From the IMG/VR virus record IMGVR_UViG_3300022305_000835, positions 10,240 to 74,239 of that record: a stretch of 64,000 nt of DNA. One strand, written 5' to 3'. The notes beneath the pieces are model-generated. The model saw nothing but the letters and a program-made list of their open reading frames with translations, searched no databases and was not told where the DNA came from. The translations under genes and the position numbers were made by a program. Below are positions 37,345-44,264 of this stretch, piece after piece; positions within the stretch are counted from its first letter, which is position 1; every line of letters starts with the position of its first letter. Source of the stretch: a virus. Taxonomy: Duplodnaviria; Caudoviricetes.

Positions 37345-37854
37345 ATGGCTATTATCAGAAACAGAAAAGCAGCTACATCTACATCATCAGTTGCTAACGA
37401 AGCTTGGAAAGCAAGTGCATTCCTTAACTTATATTTGACAGGTAAAACAAATGTAAGATTGGGAGCAATTGCATTGCGTGAATCTAATGCAAGTGAAGCG
37501 AAAATCTTAGCTTGGATTGCAGGCGATAGTGCCAAAGCTGCATCATTGAAAGACAAATTCATCTTGTCGTACAACACAGTTACTGACAGCACTGGGTTAG
37601 ACTTCTTAGCTGATATTGAGGTCGTATCTCATACACCAGAAGAAGTTGGTGCAATTGGGTATGTGAACATCTCATTGCCTACAGCAACAGGTAGTGCAAG
37701 ATTAGGCTCTATTGTCCTTAAAGATGGCAATGTATTACATGAAAAGCTGGATGTGTGGTTAGCTGATGTAGCTAACTTAAATGTGTTGAAAGACTCGATG
37801 ACTATTGTCTATCAATCTGCTGTAAGTAAATCAGTTGAATTCTTGTTAGATTAG
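37345..37854 (+). CDS. N4 gp2/Drc-like ssDNA-binding transcription activator, tandem two-domain form
   Basis: WKASAFLNLYL...RLGAIALR...KILAW...ILSYN repeated as IGYVNISL...RLGSIVLK...KLDVW...TIVYQSA; ATG 37345 follows AGGAG. Confidence 0.72.
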   Translation: MAIIRNRKAATSTSSVANEAWKASAFLNLYLTGKTNVRLGAIALRESNASEAKILAWIAGDSAKAASLKDKFILSYNTVTDSTGLDFLADIEVVSHTPEEVGAIGYVNISLPTATGSARLGSIVLKDGNVLHEKLDVWLADVANLNVLKDSMTIVYQSAVSKSVEFLLD

Positions 37855-37862
37855 AGTTGTGC

Positions 37863-37886
37863 TAATACCCTAGAAATAGGGTATTG
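37863..37886 (+). terminator. GAAA-tetraloop hairpin
   Basis: TAATACCCTA-GAAA-TAGGGTATTG just after the stop. Confidence 0.6.
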
Positions 37887-37925
37887 GTGCTTATGTAAGA
37901 TAGTCACTATTATTGGAGAGTAAAA

Positions 37926-38174
37926 ATGAACTTAGAAACAACAGTAAAAAACTACTATATAACAGTAGCTTTATTTCATGCAGATAATACTGAAGCACTA
38001 CAAGGTGCTAAAGATCCACAAGCTAGAAGAAATTTAGTATGTAATGCTAAATATGATTTTGACACAGCTCACAAACTAGCAAAAGAGTTAGCTACTTGGG
38101 TAGATGAACCAGGTGCTTTTTGTTGTGTATGTTCCTTAGATGGAATAATCACATATGCTTATCAATATCTGTAA
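37926..38174 (+). CDS. early hypothetical protein
   Basis: 82 aa, RBS GGAG. Confidence 0.7.
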   Translation: MNLETTVKNYYITVALFHADNTEALQGAKDPQARRNLVCNAKYDFDTAHKLAKELATWVDEPGAFCCVCSLDGIITYAYQYL

Positions 38175-38181
38175 GGCTATT

Positions 38182-38209
38182 ACTACGATGTCTGAAAAGA
38201 TGTCGTAGT
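38182..38209 (+). terminator. hairpin
   Basis: ACTACGATGTC / GATGTCGTAGT with G-T pairs. Confidence 0.45.
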
Positions 38210-38236
38210 GAGGATTAAGTAGGAGTAAAAATGCAG

Positions 38237-38251
38237 GGGTTCTCCGAACCC
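38237..38251 (+). promoter_or_regulatory. N4 vRNAP-type hairpin promoter candidate
   Basis: GGGTTC-TCC-GAACCC then TTTTT; upstream of the RNAP II genes. Confidence 0.62.
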
Positions 38252-38286
38252 TTTTTCCCTGTTTTATAATATATTGGAGTAATCAA

Positions 38287-38538
38287 ATGTTAAAAGAATT
38301 ATTAGATGTAACAAGTACTGCATTAGTGTTAGTGAATCAAGCTGCACATGTTACTTCAGCGGCTCTTGGTGTAGTGGGTACTACTGTACAAGCAGGCAAT
38401 AATATTGCAGGTGCTTTAGAAAAATCAACACGTGTGATTGATAAAGAAGCACAAAATTTAGTTAACTGGCATGACATTAGATTAGTTATGGCAAACCATG
38501 AACAGAGCGATGCTATGAAGGCATTGAATAATGTTTAA
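38287..38538 (+). CDS. early hypothetical protein
   Basis: 83 aa, RBS GGAG. Confidence 0.7.
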   Translation: MLKELLDVTSTALVLVNQAAHVTSAALGVVGTTVQAGNNIAGALEKSTRVIDKEAQNLVNWHDIRLVMANHEQSDAMKALNNV

Positions 38539-38555
38539 AAACTAGACAATCAAGA

Positions 38556-38610
38556 GGCTAGTAGAAATACTAGTCACCGTAGGTGACAGGCATACTATGT
38601 ATGCCTAGCC
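38556..38610 (+). promoter_or_regulatory. triple-hairpin leader of RNAP II subunit 1
   Basis: GGCTAGTA-GAAA-TACTAGTC; GTCACC-GTA-GGTGAC; AGGCATAC-TAT-GTATGCCT; GGCTAG also complementary to CTAGCC 38605-38610. Confidence 0.55.
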
Positions 38611-38634
38611 TTATTTTCGTTATGGGAGATAGTC

Positions 38635-39567
38635 ATGAATCAGATAGAAATTGAAGAACACTTTAGTAAAAAGAAACCAAGACAAATGATGAAAGAATTT
38701 ATCCTTGAGAATATTGAGGAAGATGATATTGATCAAGCTGTATGTTTATTGGCAGAATGGATAAGTGCTGAATATTACCCAAGTAAGGAAGCCAGGATAT
38801 TGAAATTAGATGATATGGATCTTAGAAAATTAGTGGTTGATATTGTTATAGGAACTACTGAGATTCAAGTGGAAACACTACTTACAATTGCTGTAGGAAA
38901 ATTAGCTAGTTTGTTAGATATAGATAAATTAGACAGCATTAAAACTATGTCTGAAATTCTAGCTATCTTATCTGAAATGGATTGGTATGACCTTATCAAA
39001 GAATCCAATGAGGCTAGTTGGATGATTGTAAGTTTGATCGAAATACCAGAAGAAATCCAGGATGCAGTAAATAGATGTATGTATTTACCGCCAATGATTG
39101 AAGAACCACAGATACTCGAATCAAATCGTGATAGTGGTTATAAGACAATCAAAGACAGTTTGATCTTAGGTAGTGGAAATTACCACGATGGTGATATTAC
39201 CTTAGATGCACTGAATTTAATGGCATCAGTGCCACTCAGTTTAAATATTGAGTTTATCAATAGTGTTAAGGAAGAACCGAATAAAGAAATCACAACTGAT
39301 TTGATACTGGTAGATTACCCAGAATTAACAGATGATGAAGCTATTGAAGAAGCAAAATTTAGGATTGCTATGTTTGATAGATTTGTAAAACAGTCACAAG
39401 AAGTATGTGACTTATTGATTGAGAATGGAAATAAATTCTATCTAAATCAAAAGGTTGATAAAAGAGGTAGAGTATATGCACAAGGATATCATGTAAGTAC
39501 AGCAGGTGCATCGTACAAGAAAGCAGCCATAGAGCTGTATAACGAAGAATTAGTAGAGGGCATTTAA
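38635..39567 (+). CDS. RNA polymerase II subunit 1 (N4 gp15-like)
   Basis: YLPPMIEEP, NRDSGY, FYLNQKVDKRGRVYAQGYHV. Confidence 0.9.
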   Translation: MNQIEIEEHFSKKKPRQMMKEFILENIEEDDIDQAVCLLAEWISAEYYPSKEARILKLDDMDLRKLVVDIVIGTTEIQVETLLTIAVGKLASLLDIDKLDSIKTMSEILAILSEMDWYDLIKESNEASWMIVSLIEIPEEIQDAVNRCMYLPPMIEEPQILESNRDSGYKTIKDSLILGSGNYHDGDITLDALNLMASVPLSLNIEFINSVKEEPNKEITTDLILVDYPELTDDEAIEEAKFRIAMFDRFVKQSQEVCDLLIENGNKFYLNQKVDKRGRVYAQGYHVSTAGASYKKAAIELYNEELVEGI

Positions 39568-39588
39568 GTCTTCATTTGGAGTGTTATT

Positions 39589-40827
39589 ATGTTTAAGAAA
39601 TACAGTGGTTGGGAATGGATGTTAATCAATGCAGCTAATTTAGCTGGCAGAGACAAATTAACCCATGAGCAAAGAATTGAGTGGGCAACAACAAATTTGG
39701 ATACATTAGAAGATCTTGGAGATGATGCAGGTACAAATTATCCTCAGTACATTACAGCAGTAATGGGCATCAGAAAAGCACAACAAAGAGTGCCTACAGG
39801 TTTGTTAGTAACTGTAGATGCAGTATGTTCAGGCATACAAATTATGAGTGCTTTAACAGGTTGTATTAACGGAGCTAAAGCAACTGGTTTAGTAGACGAT
39901 CATCGTAGACCTGATGCGTATTGGGACGTTACTGCTATTATGAATAAGAAGTTAGGAGGTACGCTTCATATTAGCAAAGCTGATGCAAAACGCGCAGTTA
40001 TGACTTCATTCTATGGCAGTGAAAAAGTACCTGTAGAAGTATTTGGTGAAGATTCTATTGAGCTAGATACCTTCTATGAAGTAATGCAATTAGTTGCACC
40101 AGGTGCTTGGAATATATTAGGCACACTCAAAGCATCATGGAAAGCACTTACTTTAGCGCATAAATGGAAACTTCCTGATGGATTTGATGCAGTAGTTAAA
40201 GTCATGGCTAAGAAAGAAACTCGTATTGAAATTGATGAGTTAGATCACAGTACCTTTACATACTACTATTCAGAAAATGAAGGGAGTAAATCAGGCATCT
40301 CATTAGTTGCAAATGTAGTACACAGCTTAGATGCTTACATCATGCGTGAAATGCACAGAAGATGTAATTACTCATCAGATCTTGAAACCATTCAAGCTAT
40401 TATTACCAGTGAAATTCTTACTCGTGATCAAGGTGCACCAAGAGCACAATGTTCTTATGAATCAAAAGCTGTGTATTATCAGACACAGTTCAATCGTAGT
40501 GGTGTATGCAGTATTGTTGGTACAAATTGGATCAATCCTGTTAATGTAAAATTCTTAGATTTGGCATATTTACAAGAATTGAATCGTGTTATCAGCATAG
40601 TAGTAGAACATAAATCATTTCATTTAGTAACACTACATGATGCGTTTTCAGCTCACGCAAATAATGTTAATCAAATCAGATTTCACTATAAAGAAATCCT
40701 TGCTGAATTAGCAGATTCAGAAGTATTGAATGACATCTTGCAACAAATTAAACCACAACCTAAGTATCGTAAAAGAAGTCTAAACTTATCTGAAAAGATT
40801 AGACAGAGTAATTATACACTTACATAG
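39589..40827 (+). CDS. RNA polymerase II subunit 2 (N4 gp16-like)
   Basis: DAVCSGIQI (A), AKRAVMTSFYGS (B), ANVVHSLDAY, LHDAF (C). Confidence 0.92.
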   Translation: MFKKYSGWEWMLINAANLAGRDKLTHEQRIEWATTNLDTLEDLGDDAGTNYPQYITAVMGIRKAQQRVPTGLLVTVDAVCSGIQIMSALTGCINGAKATGLVDDHRRPDAYWDVTAIMNKKLGGTLHISKADAKRAVMTSFYGSEKVPVEVFGEDSIELDTFYEVMQLVAPGAWNILGTLKASWKALTLAHKWKLPDGFDAVVKVMAKKETRIEIDELDHSTFTYYYSENEGSKSGISLVANVVHSLDAYIMREMHRRCNYSSDLETIQAIITSEILTRDQGAPRAQCSYESKAVYYQTQFNRSGVCSIVGTNWINPVNVKFLDLAYLQELNRVISIVVEHKSFHLVTLHDAFSAHANNVNQIRFHYKEILAELADSEVLNDILQQIKPQPKYRKRSLNLSEKIRQSNYTLT

Positions 40828-40833
40828 TATTAC

Positions 40834-40862
40834 AGGAGGTATTGAAATACTCAGTACCTCCT
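40834..40862 (+). terminator. hairpin terminator after RNAP II
   Basis: AGGAGGTATTGA / TCAGTACCTCCT. Confidence 0.6.
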
Positions 40863-40895
40863 TCTATTTCTAATCAAATAACTTAAGAGAATAAA

Positions 40896-41144
40896 ATGAA
40901 AGCAATATTATTATTAACAATGCAGATGTTATCAGTACAGACTTCAATGGATATCAAAGGTGGCTATGTTGCTGAAGATAGAAGAACATTATCAACTACT
41001 ACAATTGAGTACGCATCAATTACTGCATGTAGAAACGGTAGAGAAGAACTGCAGTTAGCATTTGGAGCCTACCAAATGTCTAAAGTACACACGAATATCA
41101 TGAGTGCAGTGTGCATTGATACAGACACAGGATCAGTACAATGA
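40896..41144 (+). CDS. small exported/membrane-anchored protein
   Basis: Hydrophobic N-terminus, TTTIEYASITAC...AVC two-Cys motif. Confidence 0.6.
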   Translation: MKAILLLTMQMLSVQTSMDIKGGYVAEDRRTLSTTTIEYASITACRNGREELQLAFGAYQMSKVHTNIMSAVCIDTDTGSVQ

Positions 41145-41341
41145 CCAACTATAAACATGTAATTGCTGTTGCTTTAGTAGGCTTCATCATTGGAGCTGTA
41201 GTAAGTACTGGAGTATATCCTATGACCCATAAAGGATATCACGAAGTGCTTAAAACGAATATTGGGGAATTTATCTTAAGAGACGGTAAAATCTTTACAG
41301 TATATGAAATGCAAAGAGATATGATGACAGGTGGAAAATAG
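41141..41341 (+). CDS. small membrane protein
   Basis: N-terminal TM segment VIAVALVGFIIGAVV. Confidence 0.65.
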   Translation: MTNYKHVIAVALVGFIIGAVVSTGVYPMTHKGYHEVLKTNIGEFILRDGKIFTVYEMQRDMMTGGK

Positions 41342-41357
41342 AAATATGATCATGAAG

Positions 41358-41372
41358 GCGAACTCCGTTCGC
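41358..41372 (+). promoter_or_regulatory. N4 vRNAP-type hairpin promoter candidate
   Basis: GCGAAC-TCC-GTTCGC-TTTTG, closely paralleling N4 P2 non-template AGAAGC-TCC-GCTTCT-TTTG. Confidence 0.65.
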
Positions 41373-41509
41373 TTTTGTGGTTTTTTTTTTTTTTGTTAAA
41401 AAGATAGTCAAATAGAAGTTCTATAGAAGTTCTCAAATACTTCTTACCGATATACTAACAAAGTCAAATAATGAATTTCGACTATATACAGCCGATACCT
41501 TAACAATAT

Positions 41510-41539
41510 TTTACTCTTATAAATAGTTAAGTATATAAT
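41510..41539 (+). promoter_or_regulatory. sigma70-like promoter candidate
   Basis: TTTACT-18 nt-TATAAT. Confidence 0.4.
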
Positions 41540-41590
41540 ACGTTGAGATTTACCACATTACCCTAGTTCTCCTAAAGAACTCTCCAACTC

Positions 41591-41620
41591 GCCTCTGTTC
41601 TATAACAGAGGCATTTTTTT
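41591..41620 (+). terminator. intrinsic terminator
   Basis: GCCTCTGTT-CTAT-AACAGAGGC-ATTTTTTT. Confidence 0.75.
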
Positions 41621-41640
41621 ATCTAATCTAAGAGTTATAT

Positions 41641-41838
41641 ATGTCAGATAATGAAATACCACCATATTATTGTGACTATCTTGCTATAGATGGTCAAAGA
41701 AGTAGACTATTACTCCATCCAATTAAAGTTTGGTATGGTAGTAATAATGTGTTTACTGAAGCCACTTGGCTGATGTCAGCATTAAATGTAGTAACAGATG
41801 AAGAAGTTACTCTATCAATGAGCCACATCAATGTTTAA
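41641..41838 (+). CDS. hypothetical protein (WYL-like motif)
   Basis: LLHPIKVWYGS...WLMSALNV resembles WYL-domain strands; 65 aa. Confidence 0.5.
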   Translation: MSDNEIPPYYCDYLAIDGQRSRLLLHPIKVWYGSNNVFTEATWLMSALNVVTDEEVTLSMSHINV

Positions 41839-41880
41839 GATATTCTAGTTTTTTTAATTTAATTTATATAGGTACAGTAG

Positions 41881-42294
41881 ATGTCACCAACAATTTCATG
41901 TGTAGGAACAATACCTACCAAAACTTATCCAACAGATGCTGGATTTGATCTCATAGCAAGTAGAGATATTATAATTCCTGCCAGAGATAGCGCTATTATT
42001 GGTACAGGTACCCATATTAGTATTCCGTTAGGTTATGTAGGTTTAATTTGGAGTCGAAGTGGGCTCTCTTGTAAACATAAACTTGAGGTAGGTGCAGGAT
42101 GCATTGATTATGGATATACAGGTGAATTATTAGTTCATTTACACAATTTATCTGATACCCTTTATGATGTACATAAGGGGGATAAAATTGCACAACTTTT
42201 AATTATGCCTATACTACTTCCTACATTTGAATCAGTAGACAAACTACCTGAAGCAGATAGAGGAAATAATGGATTTGGAAGTACTGGTAAATAG
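41881..42294 (+). CDS. dut: trimeric dUTPase
   Basis: DAGFDL, RSGLS, GCIDYGYTGE, GDKIAQL, RGNNGFGSTG. Confidence 0.95.
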   Translation: MSPTISCVGTIPTKTYPTDAGFDLIASRDIIIPARDSAIIGTGTHISIPLGYVGLIWSRSGLSCKHKLEVGAGCIDYGYTGELLVHLHNLSDTLYDVHKGDKIAQLLIMPILLPTFESVDKLPEADRGNNGFGSTGK

Positions 42295-42383
42295 TGTAGG
42301 ATTTATCCATGAATCACAGTTATAACCATGGATTGACGATAGAGAATAGAACTACATTTCTTAATTACTATGAGGATACTCAA

Positions 42384-42461
42384 ATGGCAAAAGCTAAACC
42401 AATGAAAAAAGATAAGGATGGTGACATGGACGGCAGTAAAAAGAAAAAAGAGAAGTGTTAA
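42384..42461 (+). CDS. small lysine-rich peptide
   Basis: MAKAKPMKKDKDGDMDGSKKKKEKC with upstream GAGG; in-frame ATG at 42309 also possible. Confidence 0.5.
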   Translation: MAKAKPMKKDKDGDMDGSKKKKEKC

Positions 42462-42722
42462 AGTCCTGATAAGGAAAGACATTGATAGTGTGCCAAAAAT
42501 GCGTGTTCGATTCGCGTAGACTGCTCCATAAAATAGTCCTGATAGGCTAAATACCCGTTTCTCCGAGGGTTTATTCGGAGAGTCTATATTTAAGGACTCT
42601 GATTAGAGTATTTAAATGCAGGCAACTGCAGATCCAAGAACTTCGGAATAGGGATGGGATCTCCTCCAGCCTGTAGAGGCTAAACACAGGCACTATTATT
42701 CACCCACATTAGTGGGTATTTT
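42462..42722 (+). ncRNA. candidate structured non-coding RNA with tRNA-like T-arm/CCA
   Basis: GCGTG-TTCGATT-CGCGT...TCCA, TGCAG-GCAA-CTGCA, CTTCGG, several further stems, terminator-like end ACCCAC/GTGGGT-ATTTTT. Confidence 0.5.
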
Positions 42723-42737
42723 TATATCTGGAATTTT

Positions 42738-43061
42738 ATGAACGAACCATTAACAGGTATCAAGCACGACCAAGGTAAGGCACCCTTACACTTGTTAAAC
42801 CAGGAGGCATTAATTGAAACTGCTAAAGTCTTTGGTTATGGCGCACAGAAATATTCTGCAAATAACTGGCGTAAAGGTATCAATTTAACCCGCATATTAA
42901 ATGCAGTAGAAAGACATTGTATGGAATTACAGCAAGGCAATGATATTGACGAAGAGTCAGGATTATCACACGCTGCCCATGCAATTGCAGGGCTCATGAT
43001 GTTCATGGGCATTAATAAACACTCACCAGAATATGATGACAGGTATAAGAACCATGATTAA
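42738..43061 (+). CDS. dATP/dGTP diphosphohydrolase domain protein (DUF5664-like)
   Basis: GIKHDQGKAPLHLL, GAQKYSANNWRKG, ESGLSHAAHA. Confidence 0.85.
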   Translation: MNEPLTGIKHDQGKAPLHLLNQEALIETAKVFGYGAQKYSANNWRKGINLTRILNAVERHCMELQQGNDIDEESGLSHAAHAIAGLMMFMGINKHSPEYDDRYKNHD

Positions 43062-43147
43062 TGCAGAATGGGTAAATTTAAGTATATTAGTTTTAGGTAC
43101 TCTCTGGGTATTTGGATTTATTCAATTTGGTAAAACGGAGAGAGATA

Positions 43148-43990
43148 ATGACAACACAAGCAGATAAAATCTATCTTGATCTTTTACAGATGGTTCTACA
43201 AGATGGGGATGAAGTTACAACTAGAAATAGCGAATGCTACTCCCACTTTAATTTACCTAATGTAACCTTTACTGAGTTTCCTTTAGTCACTCTTCGTAAA
43301 ACTGCAGCCATGAAGGCTATTAGGGAAATGGAATGGTTTCTTAGTGGTAAATCAGAATGTCCTAGAGAGTTACTCGATTGGTGGTCTGGTCAGTTAGATG
43401 GGTTTAATAATTTAATAAATGGATATTCTAATCAGTTTAGATATTCAACTGGATACTGTGCAGATACTAATGAACCCACTTTTTTTGATCAAGTTGAATT
43501 TATACATAACGCTTTAAAAACAAATCCAAATAGCAGACGATTAGTAATGTCTGTATGGAACCCAGGAGAAATGGCAAATATTGTCACTGCTAATAATAAC
43601 CCTAACACACCTACCTGTTGTCACTCCATTGTAGTGCAGTTCTTTGTTCGTTCAGGCCATCTTCATATGAAGACCTATCAACGTTCAGCAGACATGCTAT
43701 TAGGCGTACCACACAACTGGGCACAGTCTTGGGCAATGTTAATGTACTTTGCTAAACGATCAGGATTAGAAGTAGGCTCAATGACATGGATGTGGGGAGA
43801 TGCTCACATTTACAAAGAACAAAGTCATCTTGATACTGTTAACCAGTTATTAAACACAACTAAAGATCTATCAGGTCAATCCATTTCATTGGTATATCGC
43901 AGTACTTCAAAAGAGTTTAATGCAACAGACTTTAAGATTTCAGGTAATATCCCTGACCCTGTAGTAACAATTAGACCTAAACTGTTGTAG
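43148..43990 (+). CDS. thyA: thymidylate synthase
   Basis: FPLVTLRK, EMEWFLSG, SRRLVMSVWNP, CCH, YQRSADMLLGVPHN (Asn = dUMP specificity); ATG 43148 after GGAGAG. Confidence 0.92.
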   Translation: MTTQADKIYLDLLQMVLQDGDEVTTRNSECYSHFNLPNVTFTEFPLVTLRKTAAMKAIREMEWFLSGKSECPRELLDWWSGQLDGFNNLINGYSNQFRYSTGYCADTNEPTFFDQVEFIHNALKTNPNSRRLVMSVWNPGEMANIVTANNNPNTPTCCHSIVVQFFVRSGHLHMKTYQRSADMLLGVPHNWAQSWAMLMYFAKRSGLEVGSMTWMWGDAHIYKEQSHLDTVNQLLNTTKDLSGQSISLVYRSTSKEFNATDFKISGNIPDPVVTIRPKLL

Positions 43991-43996
43991 AAAATT

Positions 43997-44236
43997 ATGT
44001 CTAATTATATTTCTTATCAGGATATTTCAAATCGATTAAATGTGACAGAGAAACAGGTAGAAATGGCAGTCTATAGTGGCATGCTTCCTCCACCCTCTGT
44101 CATAGATAAGTGGGATTCACATCATGTTGAATTCTATATTAATGAATGGGCTGCTAAATTAGCTAGAGCTAATCCTAAAGCAGATAATAAATGTATTGCT
44201 AACGAAAATTATACATTTCCAAGGCACCAAAGATGA
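43997..44236 (+). CDS. excisionase/MerR-like HTH DNA-binding protein
   Basis: ISYQDISNRLNVTEKQVEMAVYSGMLPPP. Confidence 0.6.
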   Translation: MSNYISYQDISNRLNVTEKQVEMAVYSGMLPPPSVIDKWDSHHVEFYINEWAAKLARANPKADNKCIANENYTFPRHQR

Positions 44237-44264
44237 CATCATCTGAATTAGAGGAGTTACTAAC

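Noticed and set aside
37200-37592. Minus-strand 130-aa ORF and the 5' extension of the + ORF to 37210
   Set aside because: Antisense to the Drc-like gene; the extension runs through GT-repeat leader DNA, while AGGAG precedes ATG 37345
42453-42528. Canonical tRNA gene
   Set aside because: T-arm and CCA are present, but the acceptor 5' strand, D-arm and a full anticodon stem cannot be built; kept only as part of the ncRNA candidate
42462-42610. Hammerhead ribozyme (CTGAT...GAAA)
   Set aside because: The core requires CUGANGA plus stem II before GAAA; the motifs here are CTGATAA, CTGATAG and CTGATTA without the required stems
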